This document shows, one piece after another, positions 27,170 through 39,593 of a DNA stretch of 64,000 nucleotides. The translations under genes were made by a program, and so were the position numbers. Each line of letters starts with the position of its first letter. Position 1 is the stretch's first letter. Location of the stretch: NCBI RefSeq assembly GCF_009834535.1, contig NC_045696.1, positions 61,568,001 through 61,632,000 on the forward strand, read 5' to 3'. The notes under the pieces were generated by a model. It saw nothing but the letters and a program-made list of their open reading frames with translations, was not told the DNA's origin and searched no databases. Source of the stretch: Camelus ferus. Its lineage: Eukaryota.

Positions 27170-27300
27170 CTGCGCTTCCCGCTTCCCTCCTAGGCGCCTA
27201 GTGATGACCTCACCCGTGGGCGCCCAATCCCATCTAGCGTAAAGCAAGAGGCGCCTCGGCCAAACAGTCACATCCGGGGCCGAAAGGAACCGCGCGCGAG
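27170..27300 (-). other. WDR53: Probable first (non-coding) exon of WDR53; TSS not defined
   Basis: Donor CAG|GTATGA at 27170/27169 at the edge of the CpG island; the 5' boundary is a guess. Confidence 0.5.
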
Positions 27301-27633
27301 CTGGGCGTGCGCCCTTGCTTCGTGCCCTTAACCCGTATGGCGGAGCCACCGGCGCGCCGCGGGGAGGCCTTGCGAGTCGGGCGGTTCCAGCGCTCGTGCT
27401 AAGCCGCGAGGGAGGGGCGGGGGACGCCCGTGCGGCCGGTGCGTCTGCCCTCAGTGAGGCGGGGCGCGCGGCGGACGCCCCCGGGCAGGGGCGGGAGTGG
27501 TGGAGGGGCCGGGCGGTTGGCTGTGAAAGGGGCGGTGAGCGAGCTGCTCAGGTCTCAAGGCGAGGCTTGGCCTCCCAAGCAGAGACGGGGGGAAGCGGCG
27601 GCGGCGGCGGCCCTCGGGCCGGCTGGTGAGGCG

Positions 27634-27948
27634 ATGGCGGCGCCGGCCCCGGGGGCTGGGGCAGCCTCGGGCGGCGCTGGCTGTAGCGGCGGCGGCGGCG
27701 CGGGCGCCGGCCCGGGCGCCGGGGCCGGGGGGATCGGGGGCCGGCTTCCCAGCCGGGTGCTAGAGTTGGTGTTCTCCTACCTGGAGCTATCCGAGCTGCG
27801 GAGCTGCGCCCTGGTGTGCAAGCACTGGTACCGCTGCCTGCACGGCGATGAGAACAGCGAGGTGTGGCGGAGCCTGTGCGCCCGCAGCCTGGCAGAGGAG
27901 GCTCTGCGCACGGACATCCTCTGCAACCTGCCCAGCTACAAGGCCAAG
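27634..27948 (+). CDS. FBXO45: F-box/SPRY domain protein FBXO45, exon 1 (Gly/Ala-rich N-terminus + F-box, 105 aa)
   Basis: gcgATGG Kozak; [16 protein letters not shown]...[33 protein letters not shown] (F-box); donor AAG|GTGAGG, phase 0. Confidence 0.97.
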
Positions 27949-29899
27949 GTGAGGGAGCCCCGCGCCACGCCGCTGACCCCAGTCCCGCTTCTCCGCGCTG
28001 TTTTCAGTGCTTCTCAGCTAAGCTTCTGAGTCAGAAGTCTCGCCTCACCATCCGGCCTTTCCACCGCTCCAGTCAATACCTTAACTCAACTCCCCCTACC
28101 ATAAAGATCTCTCTGGATTGAAGTTTTGCTCCTTAACCCACCCTACTTTCGTGATACAGTTTTTAAAGCATCGGATGGTTTCCCCTACCTGGTTTCCATC
28201 ACTCAGTTCTACTTTCCAAAGTCTTTGCCCTTAAAAACAGACCACCCCCATTGTTGTACCTTTCAATACTCTAATCTTATTTTTCTTTCTGCCCTTTATT
28301 AGATCATTTCGACTGCCTTAATATCGGCTTAGTTTCTAAGATGTTTGCTTTCACTTCACCTTTTCCAAGCTCTGATTTATAACCCTTTTTTCTTTGTTTT
28401 CGTCCAGGTATTCTTTAATTCCCTCTGCTATGTTACAAGCTTATAAATGAGTGTGGTCCAAAGCATCCTAACTTTCAAGATACAGGTTTTAATAGAACAT
28501 CCTCCCGTTGGCACCAGTTAACCGTCATGATACTGCCATGTTCCACTATTATTGGCTACTTCCTTGCCAACTTTTTCATAGTTTCACGTTGATGGTGTGT
28601 GTCTCTTTTCTGTTCTGTTTGTCATCTAACATGCTAATTTCATTTTTGCTGTCTTTTTTTCCTGCGAGATTCTTGTGCTTAGTCTTGCCTTTATATACAA
28701 ATAAAAATGTCAGGTAGCAAGTCATGGTAGAACTGAGAGGATTCTTCAAGCAGTATAAACAAAAGCACCTAAACTTGGGTTCAGTTGGATGGAAACAGCT
28801 ATTCAGTATAGCAGTCACCAACAGCAAATATGAGAGAGGATAAAGTCTGACCTAGAATGCTGGTAAACAAAAATACATTAATAACTAAAAAGGGAAAACA
28901 TCCCTTTTAAATGCTAGCCTGCCAGTGGGGCCAGAGTGAGGAGTAAATTTTTTCCACGTGAAATAGATGTAAAATTTATTCTTCTGTAATAGAACATATT
29001 TTAGTTTAATAAGATAAGGAATATTGCTCTTAAATATGTTAACTGTCAAATTGTTTTTCTATTAAGTGAAATAACATGTTAATTCACGAGGGCAGTATTT
29101 ATACATGATAGATACTCAATGGATTCTAGTAATTCATAAAGTAGAGTGCAGAAGATTGCAGTTTTGTCCTACTGTGGCTGATAAACATGTAGGTTTCATA
29201 AGTTTTATTTAGTTTTTTGTTTTCCATAATATTTATTGCTTTTACTTATTTTTAATTAAGACATTTTTATAATTGGTCTATAATAGATATGTTCACATGA
29301 TATAAGATTCATGTAATAATATGTAATAGATAATCTGTTTATGTGAGTCAACATTCAAGCAAAGCAAAGTGATATAAAGAAAAATGCCTTCCTTTCATCC
29401 TTGTGCCCCCCACTACCTAGGCTGGAGGCAACCTGTTTTACTTACTTCTTTTGTATCCTCCCAGATATTTTAGGTTTCTTAAGTTTTTAACAGTATGCCT
29501 TTGTATTACATGCACTGTAGGTATTATAGACTTGTACTATCACATATACTTTCAGATGTTGCAGGACTTTTCTTGAATATCTTGAAGATAAAAGATTAAT
29601 TCAAAAGGAGTCAGATAGCCTAGTAGGGAAGTCCTCAGTCTAATAGAGGAGAAAAAAAAGGTATAGAAATAACTAGTGGTTATTACTTAAAAATGGTAGA
29701 AATTATTCATAACTGTTAGAGATATTAAAAAATATATATAAGTTAAGTGAAAGATTTACAAGTTGAGTGGAGGATTGGAGGAGGTTTGAAGTTGAGATTG
29801 TATTTGAGCTGAATTTTAAAGATAAGGAGAATCTGAACATTTTACTAAGAGGAAATACCGTGAACAAAAGCAGGACAATGGAAAGCAGAGGGCTTGTAC

Positions 29900-30770
29900 A
29901 GCATATATTTATATTTTAAAAAATATGAATACTAGGCACTATGCTGAGTTTAGATGCAATGATGAATAAAAACAGATACAAACTCTTATGAATGCCTTGC
30001 CATATGAAGCTTACCGTCTAGTGGGGGGAAGTGGGTATTAATCAAATAGTCACTTAGTTGTAAAATTGTGTTTGTGTTAAGTACTATGAAGGGTAGATAC
30101 ATGGTGCTCTGAATATCAATAATGAAGAATTTGACCTAAATAGGGAGGTCAGGGAAGGCTTTCTCTGAGGAACTAATGCATGAACTGAGACCTGAAGGAT
30201 AAGGATAAATAGGCCAGAGTGAAAGAAGAGCCTTCCAGGAGGGATGAGTATGAGGGACAGAAAATAATCAGTGTGGCTGGAGTATAGAGAGCAAAGGTAA
30301 GGCCAGTTTGAGATAAGATGAAGAGGCAGACTGAGGCCAAACAAAACGAAGCCATTTTAAATTATAAGCAAGAGGGGGTTAGAAGTGGGGGATTGGTATT
30401 AAGACATTTTTCCATTTTTAAAAGGTTATTTCTAACTTCAGAATTGAGAACAGGTTGGAGGGGTACCTTAGAAATATGAGTAGTATGAAGTATGTAGTAA
30501 AAGAGATGGGCAGAAATTTAGGAGAGATTTAGGAAATAAAATCAACAGGACTTTGCAATAGATTTGAAATAGGCATGAGGAAGAGGGAGGTGCTAAGGAT
30601 GACTCTTAGGTATCTGGCTTACATAATATAAGGATCACCTGGGCTAGATTTTGGAGGAATAACAATGAGTTCAGTTTTGGTAGTGTAGGATTTACAGTGC
30701 TTTTGAAACATCCAAGAGATTTCAGCTAGGCATCTGTTACATTTTGGAGCTTAGAGGAGAGACTAAAGAT
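29900..30770. mobile_element. L2 LINE fragments in FBXO45 intron 1
   Basis: Purine-rich L2 text (gggaggtcagggaaggctttctctgagga; atgagttcagttttgg). Confidence 0.65.
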
Positions 30771-33710
30771 ATAAAATCGTCTGGTTAGATGGGAAGTATG
30801 ATTGTAAAGGTAAGCTGAAATGATATATCATGGAGGTCCTTGACATACAGCCTTCAGTATATAGTTTGGGCTTTGTTTTACAGTTGTAAACCACAGAGAT
30901 TTGAACAAAGGAGTGACAAATTAAGAGCTGTGCTTTAGAAAAACTAGGCCATAAGATGAATTTGAGAAGGCAGGAGTTGGTGCCTATACCAGAGGTACTT
31001 AACACCCAAACAAGTATATAGAGCAGAGAAGGGGTTGGCTGGGAGACAAACTGCAAGAAAACAAGTGCACATAGGTAGACAGCTGGCTGGGTGAGTGGGA
31101 TGAGGAAGAAGGAAGAGTCAAACAAGATTTCCAGGGAGCCTGGGTAACTGAGAAAACGATGAGAACAGGCTTAGGATAGCATAAAACTGGAAAGTATTTG
31201 GAGTTGTCAATGTAACTAGGATTTGTCTTTTTAAAGGTTCATATTTTACATATTACCAAGTAACATCAATTATTCTAGTCATACTTGGCATCTCACTATA
31301 ATTCTCTAAATTTCAGACTTACAACCTAAACTAGATCTTAAAGCTGTTTGCTCTAATAATGCAAAATCCAGGTTGTACATGAAACTGTGCAGCAAAAACT
31401 ATAGATTGTTTTTATTTGTTTATGCATTTATTTTTCCATTTTATCTGATTTTTTTTAGTATCCATCTCTAAAAAGATAAGGACACTTAATCACAATACCA
31501 TTATTACATCTCATGTGTAAAGAAATAAATAATAATTCCTTAATATAAAAAGCATAGTGTTCAATTTTCCAATTGTCTCATAAATGTCAAATGTTGTATC
31601 TTTAATTTTCAATTTATTTAAGCAAGATCTATATAAGATTCCCATGACAAACAGTTGATATATCTTTTAAGGCTATTTTAGTCTTCAGATATACCCTCCA
31701 TCTCTTTCACCTCCCACTGCTGCGACTTACTTGTGGAAGAAACCGAGTTGTTTACCCAGTAGAGGTTCCCTCAGTCTAGATTTGCTGATTTCATTCCCAT
31801 GGTGTTGCTTAACATGCTCTCTGTTATTTCCTATAGAGGTTTGATCAATTTAGGTTAAGTTAGATTTTTTTGCAAGATATTTTTAACTAGAGTCGAGTGG
31901 ATGGGGTGTGTAACAATTAAATGTTGCATAGTGCAAACCATGGTGGGTGGGAATTCAGGAGACAGGAATCAGGCAGGGATTCTTGATTAAGAGTAGCTTC
32001 ACTGAGGTGGTAAGACTAGAGCTGGTCTTAAAGGATATGTGGGAGGAGGAAAGCAGATATGATGCCACAGACAAGGAGGACAATATGAAATTAGAAAGGG
32101 AAATAGGAGGAATCAGATCTGAAGGCTTTGAAGGCCAGGCAGAAGAATTTACAGTTGATATGGTAGTCAGTACGAAACTATCAAAGGTGACTGAACTAGG
32201 ATGAGGTATAATAAAGGTGCTGATATAGAAATTAAACTAGGTTGTTTACCCTGTAGAAATTCCCTCAGTCTGGGTTTTTCATATTTCATTCCCATGGTGT
32301 TGCTTAACATGCTCTTCTGTCCTCTGTTGGATTTGATCAATTTAGGTTAGATTAAATTTTTTTTCAAGATATTTCTTACTAGAATCAGGTGGTTGTGGTG
32401 TGTATAGCACTTTTAGGAGCTTAAAAGTATGTTATAATAAGAACAGAAAGGAAAAAATGTAGGTATACTTGAGTTTACTTCATCCTTATGAAGACAAGGG
32501 ATACCTGAACCAAGGAAGTTTTTCGGTTGTTTTTTAATCTGTGCTCTGGAGTGCAGCAATGAACACTGGATGTGGGGGCTGGATACTTGACTTCTCTTTG
32601 GGGCTCTTGTATTAACTAGCTGTTTACTTCTATGTCTATGTCCTTACCCCCGAGTTGAACTAGGTGAACTTCAAAATCTTTCCTAATGTTGAAATTCTGT
32701 GATTCTGGAGTTGATTTATTTGGTTAACTAAAGCAGTAGGTCCCAGTCTTTAGCTGCTTTTGGGTAGTTTGAATAAAGAGGGGATTTTCTAAAAAAAATA
32801 CAAACCAAAAACTTTAAGTTATTAAAAATGAGAGATTGTTATTACTTGTACAAAGTAGCAATTTTCATACTGTCTTTATTTTAGAGGCTTAAAAAACTGA
32901 TAATTACTGAAGTTCAGCTAACATGTCCTGTCAGTGGTAGCTGCTGTTAATGACTATCTCTGCATAAATTTTAGTGGTTGAATTTAAGTGCTATCTAGGG
33001 GATTATTTGATTTAGTAAAATGAGAGTGGTGATGTCTCAGTGTATGAGTAATGCCTAGCAAAGAGGCTGAGGATTTAAGATAGTTTGTGGTTATTAAAAG
33101 TTTTCATCAACTTAAGAGTTGCTATGACTAAGTTCTCTATTTTACTTAAAATACAATTGTTTTTGGTGACAGCATTGCCAACATGAAAATGTGCATATTT
33201 GCATAACTTTTTTATGTAAAAATATCAATAAACAAGCGTAAAGGAAACAATTTAATGAACCTCCCTATACCCATTACCAAGCTTTACCAATGATTAATTA
33301 TTGGAAAATCTAGTTTCATGTTTATGCCACCCACTTTCCCACTCCATTTCTGAATATTTCAGAGCAATTTCCAGATACCATTGTCACCCATAAACATTTC
33401 AGTATTATCTCTAAAATATAGATTCGTGTGTATATCTTTTGATGTTTTAAGAAGTCTATCTGGAGAGATTATACTATTGTTTAGAATTTTTGTCAGTAAT
33501 GAAACAATTGGCAGTTTTATTTTTAATGTTGTATAATTTATTATGTTAGTATCCCATCCTGAAACTTGAGCCATTTTTTGGAAATGCTTATTGTCTTACT
33601 TAAAGTATATAACTTTATTGTTGAAAAACATGTAGCCTAAAGTTTGGGTACTTTTTAATGTTTAAAAAAATCAAATTTCTGTTTCTTTGGTCTGTTTTTC
33701 ATCTTTTCAG

Positions 33711-34067
33711 ATACGTGCTTTCCAACATGCCTTCAGCACTAATGACTGCTCGAGGAATGTCTACATTAAGAAGAATGGCTTTACTTTACATCGAAACCCC
33801 ATCGCTCAAAGCACTGATGGTGCAAGGACCAAGATTGGTTTCAGTGAGGGCCGCCATGCTTGGGAAGTGTGGTGGGAGGGCCCTCTGGGCACTGTGGCAG
33901 TGATTGGAATTGCCACAAAACGGGCCCCCATGCAATGCCAAGGTTATGTGGCGCTGCTGGGTAGTGATGACCAGAGCTGGGGCTGGAATCTGGTGGACAA
34001 TAATCTACTACATAATGGAGAAGTCAATGGCAGTTTTCCACAGTGCAACAATGCACCAAAATATCAG
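33711..34067 (+). CDS. FBXO45: FBXO45 exon 2 (SPRY domain, 119 aa)
   Basis: Acceptor tttttcatcttttc[18 protein letters not shown]...[23 protein letters not shown]...APKYQ; donor CAG|GTGAGA, phase 0. Confidence 0.97.
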
Positions 34068-34492
34068 GTGAGAAACTGGGTATTTTCTGGGAAGTGAGCC
34101 TTTGTTAAATCATGCCTTAATTTGTTTTAAATTTATAAAATTTTACATAGCAGCATTGTTTGTCTTTTTGGTAACTTTTAACATTTTTTATTGATTTATA
34201 ATAATTTTACAATGTTGTGTCAAATTCCAGTGTTCAGCACAATTTTTCAGTTATTCATGGACATATACACACTCATTGTCACATTTTTTTCTCTGTGAGT
34301 TATCATAACATTTTGTGTATATTTCCCTGTGCTGTACAGTGTAGTCTATTCTACAATTTTGAAATCCCAGTCTATCCCTTCCCACCCTCCACCCCCTGGT
34401 AACCACAAGTCTGTATTCTCTGTCTGTGAGTCTATTTCTGTCCTTTATTTACGCTTTGTTTTTGTTTGTTTGTTTGTTTTTGTTTTTGTTTT

Positions 34493-37400
34493 TTAGATTC
34501 CACATATGAGTGATCTCATATGGTATTTTTCTTTCTCTTTCTGGCTTACTTCACTTAGAATGACATTCTCCAGGAGCATCCATGTTGCTGCAAATGGCAT
34601 TATGTTGTCGGTTTTTATGGCTGAGTAGTATTCCATTGTATAGATATACCACCTCTTCTTTATCCAGTCACCTGTTGATGGACATTTAGGCTGTTTCCAT
34701 GTTTTGGCTATTGTAAATAGTGCTGCTATGAACATTGGGGTGCAGGTGTCATCCTGAAGTAGATTTCCTTCTGGATACAAGCCCAGGAGTGGGATTCCTG
34801 GGTCATATGGTAAGTCTATTCCTAGTCTTTTGAGGAATCTCCACACTGTTTTCCATAGTGGCTGCACCAAACTGCATTCCCACCAGCAGTGTAGGAGGGT
34901 TCCCCTTTCTCCACAGCCTCTCCAACATTTGTCATTTGTGGATTTTTGAATGACGGCCATTCTGACTGGTGTGAGGTGATACCTCATTGTAGTTTTGATT
35001 TGCATTTCTCTGATAATTAGTGATATTGAGCATTTTTTCATGTGCTTTTTGATCATTTGTATGTCTTCCTTGGAGAATTGCTTGTTTAGGTCTTCTGCCC
35101 ATTTTTGGATTGGGTTGTTTATTTTTTTCTTATTGAGTCGTATGAGCTGCTTATATATTCTGGAGATCAAGCCTTTGTCGGTTTCACTTGCAAAAATTTT
35201 CTCCCATTCCGTAGGTTTTCTTCTTGTTTTATTTCTGGTTTCCTTTGCTGTGCAGAAGCTTGTAAGTTTCATTAGGTCCCATTTGTTTATTCTTGCTTTT
35301 ATTTCTTCTAGGAGAAAATTTTTTAAATGTATGTCAGATAATGTTTTGCCTATGTTTTCCTCTAGGAGGTTTATTGTATCTTGTCTTATGTTTAAGTCTT
35401 TAATCCATTTTGAGTTGATTTTTGTATATGGTGTAAGGGAGTGTTCTAGCTTCATTGTTTTACATGCTGCTGTCCAGTTTTCCCAACACCATTTGCTGAA
35501 GAGACTGTCTTTATTCCAATGTATATTCTTGCCTCCTTTGTCGAAGATGAGTTGACCAAAAGTTTGTGGGTTCATTTCTGGGCTCTATTCTGTTCCATTG
35601 GTCTATATGTCTGTTTTGGTACCAATACCATGCTGTCTTGATGACTGTAGCTCTATAGTATTGTCTGAAGTCTGGGAGAGTTATTCCTCCAGCCTCTTTC
35701 TTTCTCTTCAGTAATGCTTTGGCAATTCTAGGTCTTTGATGGTTCCATATGAATTTTATTATGATTTTTTCTAGTTCTGTGAAATATGTCCTGGGTAATT
35801 GGATAGGGATTGCATTAAATCTGTAGATTGCCTTGGGCAGTGTGACCATTTTAACAATATTGATTCTTCCAGTCCAAGAGCATGAAATATCTTTCCATTT
35901 TTTAAAGTCTTCTTTAATTTCCTTCATCAATGGTTTATAGTTTTCTGTGTATAATTCTTTCACCTCCTTGGTTAGATTTATTCCCAGATATTTTATTACT
36001 TTGGGTGCTATTTTAAAGGGGATTGTTTCTTTACTTTCTTCTTCTGTTGATTTATCGTTAGTGTAAAGAAATGCAACTGATTTTTGAACGTTAATTTTGT
36101 AACCTGCTACCTTGCTGAATTCTTCAATCAGCTCTAGTAGCTTTTGTGTGGACCTTTTAGGGTTTTCTATATATAGTAGCATGTCATCAGCATATAATGA
36201 CACTTTTACCTCTTCTTTTCCAATTTGGATCCCTTTTATTTCTTTCTCTTGCCTGACTGCTGTGGCTAGGACTTCCAGGACTATGTTGAATAGGAGTGGT
36301 GATAGTGGGCATCCTTGTCTTGTCCCAGATTTTAGTGGAAAGCTTTTGAGTTTTTCACTGTTGAGTACTATGCTGGCTGTAGGTTTGTCATATATAGCTT
36401 TTATTATGTTGAGATATGTTCCCTCTATACCCACTTTGGCGAGAGTTTTTATCATAAATGGGTGTTGAATTTTATCAAATGCTTTTTATGCATCGATTGA
36501 GATGATCATGTGGTTTTTGTCCTTTCTCTTGTTGATATGATGTATTACACTGATTGATTTGCGTATGTTGAACCAGCCTTGTGTCCCTGGGATGAACCCC
36601 ACTTGGTCATGATGTATAATCTTTTTTATGTGTTGTTGGATTCTATTTGCTAAAATTTTGGTGAGGATTTTGGCGTCTATGTTCATCAGCGATATTGGCC
36701 TATAATTCTCTTTTTTTGTAGTGTCTTTGCCTGGTTTTGGTATCAGGGTGATGGTGGCTTCATAGAATGAGTTTGGGAGTATTCCCTCCTTTTCAATCGT
36801 CTGGAAGAGTTTGAGAAGGACTGGTATGAGTTCTTCTTTGTATGTTTGGTAGAATTCCCCCGGTGAAGCCGTCCGGTCCTGGACTTTTATTTGTAGGCAG
36901 GTTTTTAATTGCTATTTCTATTTCCTTTGTAGTGATCGGATTGTTCAAGTGTTCAGATTCTTCTTGATTCAGTTTTGGTGGACAGTATGTTTCCAGAAAC
37001 TTGTGCATCTCCTCTAGGTTATCCAGTTTGGTTCCATATAGTTTTTCATAATAGTCTCGTATGATATTCTGTATTTCTATTTTGTTTGTTGTAATTTCTC
37101 CATTTTCCTTTCTTATTTTGCTAATTTGTGCTCTCTCTTTTTTCTGCTTTGTGAGTTTGGCCAGAGGTTTGTCGATTTTATTTACTTTTTCAAAAAACCA
37201 GCTTTTGGTTTGGTTGATTTTTTTCTATGGTCTTGTTAATCTCTATTGTATTTAATTCCTCTCTGATCTTTATTATTTCCTTCCTTCTGCTGCTTTTTGG
37301 GGCTTTTTGTTCTTCTTTTTCTAATTCATTCAGGTGGTGGGTTAAATTGTTTATTTGAGATTGTTCTTCTTTTTTGAGGAAGGCCTGTATCGCTATAAAC

Positions 37401-38290
37401 TTCCCTCTTAGCACTGCCTTTGCTGTGTCCCATAGGTTTTGAGTGGTTGTGCTTTCATTATCATTTGTCTCAAGGTATTTTTTAATTTCAGCTTTGATTT
37501 CCTCATTGATCCATTGTTTTTTCAATAACATATTGTTTAATCTCCATGCTTTCCTTGTTTTCTCCTTTGTTTCTCTGTTGTTGATTTCCAGTTTCATGGC
37601 ATTGTGGTCAGTAAAGATGCTTGAGATAATTTCTATCTTCTTAAAATTGTTGAGGTTTCTTTTGTGCCCAAGCACATGATCGATCCTGGAAAATGTTCCA
37701 TGTGCACTTGAAAAGAATGTATATCCTATTTTTGGGGGGTGTAATGTTCTGAAAATATCCACCAAATCTAGTTTTTCTATTGTAGTATTTAATTTCTCTG
37801 TTGCCTTGTTTATTTTCTGTCTGGAAGATCTGTCTAGTGATGTTAATGCAGTGTTAAAATCTCCAACTATGATTGTATTCCCATCAATATCCCCCTTTAT
37901 CTCTGTTAGTAATTCTTGTATGTACTTAGGTGCTCCTATATTGGGTGCATATATATTAACGAGTGTAATATCCTCATCTTGTATCACTCCTTTAATCATT
38001 ATAAAATGTCCTTCTTTATCTTTCTTTATGGCCTTTGTTTTAAAGTCTATTTTGTCTGAAATCAGTACTGCAACACCTGCTTTTTTGGCTTTTCCATTTG
38101 CATGGAATATCCTTTTCCATCCTTTCACTCTCAATCTATATGTGTCCTTCTCCCTAAAGTGGGTCTCTTGTATGCAGCATATTGAAGGTTCTTGCTTTAT
38201 TATCCGGTCTGCCACTCTGTGTCTTTTGACTGGAGCATTTAGTCCATTAACATTTACCGTAATTAATGATAGATGTGTGTTTATTGCCAT
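34493..38290 (-). pseudogene. L1 ORF2p (endonuclease/reverse transcriptase), three frameshifts + one nonsense codon
   Basis: EN motifs NVNGLN, QETH, GDFN, RIDH; RT motifs [18 protein letters not shown]-terminal CWRGC...HCWWEC. Lesions at 37218-37224 (T7), 36857-36861 (C5), TAA at 36486-36488 and a 2-bp loss near 35583. Confidence 0.95.
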
Positions 38291-38692
38291 TTTGAACTTA
38301 TCTTTGCAGTTGAATTGGTATATCCTCTTTGTTCCTTTCTTCTTCCTTTTGTGGTTTGGTAATTTTCCTTTGTATTATCATGGATTTTATTTAATTTTTG
38401 TGACTCCTTTGTAAATTTTTGGCTTGTGGTTACCCTTTTTTGTAAATCTATCAACCCATTACTATAACTTTTTATTAAACTGATAGTAACATAATCTCAA
38501 ACCCATCCTACTGTTAAAAAAATTTAAAAAAGAAAGAAAAAAATATTCTATATTTCCCTGCCTCCCTCTCCCACTCTCAGTAATTTGTATGTCTTCTTTT
38601 ATAATTTCATGTTTACTTTATTTGTAATTCATGAGTTATCACCTTTCCAGTTGTGTGTTTCTCATTTCTGTAGCATCCTGCTGCTTTTCTAT

Positions 38693-39593
38693 TTAGAATA
38701 GCCCTTTCAATATTTCTTTTAGCATGGGTTTAGTGTTGCTAAACTCCTGCAGCTTTTTTTTGTCTGTGAAACTCTTTATTTCTCCTTCTATCCTCAAGGA
38801 TAGCCTTGCTGGATAAAGGATCCTAGGCTGCATCTTTTTTTCATTCAGGGCTTTGAATATATCTTGCCACTCCCTTCTGGCCTGTAGTGTTTGTGTAGAG
38901 AAATCAGCTGAGAGCCTTATGGGGGTTCCCTTGTAACTTACTCTTTGCTTTTCTCTTGCTGCCTTTAGAATCATTTCTTTATCCTTGACTCTGGCCATCT
39001 TGATTATGATATCTTGGTGTGGGTCTATTTGGGTTCTTCCTGTTTGGGACCCTCTGAGCTTCCTGTACTTGGATATCTGATTCCTTCTTTAAGTTTGGGA
39101 AGTTTTCAGTCATGATTTCTTCAAAAACCTTTTCAATCCCCTTTGATCTTTCTTCTCCTTCTGGGACCCCTATTATGCGAAGATTGGGACGCTTTATATT
39201 ATCCCATAGGTCCCTTATGCTATTTTCATTATTTTTTATTTGCTTATCTTGTAGTTCTTCTGAATGGGTGCTTTCTATTGCCCTGTCTTCTAGATCACTA
39301 ATTTGTTCCTCTGCATTATCTAGTCGGCTTTGCACAGCTATTAGATCATTCCTCATCTCTGTCAATGAGTTTAACCATTCTACTTGGCTCTTCTTTATAG
39401 CTTCAATTTCATTTTTGACATATTTTATATCTCTAAACACTATCTCTTTTAATTCCTTCAGCAATTCGATCACTCCTTTTTTGAAATCTTGATCTAGTAG
39501 GCTATCGATGTCTATGTCGTTGATCTTTCTTTCAGGGGATTTCTCTTGTTCTTTTAATTGGGAAAGGTTTTTCTGCTTCTTCATCTTGCTCAT
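38693..39593 (-). pseudogene. L1 ORF1p (coiled coil-RRM-CTD), one frameshift near 39010
   Basis: ORF pieces 38979-39593 (LWDNIKRPNLRIIGVPE) and 38693-38998 (YKGTPIRLSADFS...ARREW...YPARLS). Confidence 0.93.

Larger units (their letters stand above)
27130..28070. promoter_or_regulatory. CpG island / bidirectional promoter shared by WDR53 and FBXO45
   Basis: Very high GC and CpG density against an AT-rich background; several GC boxes (GGGGCGGGG ~27414, GGGGCGGGAG ~27488); ETS-like CCGGATGT (- strand, ~27269); CCAAT ~27224; no TATA seen; genes diverge from here. Confidence 0.9.

Noticed and set aside
34995..39492. Long + strand ORFs (34995-35555, 36112-36468, 37806-38414, 39112-39492)
   Set aside because: Antisense shadows of L1 ORF1/ORF2.
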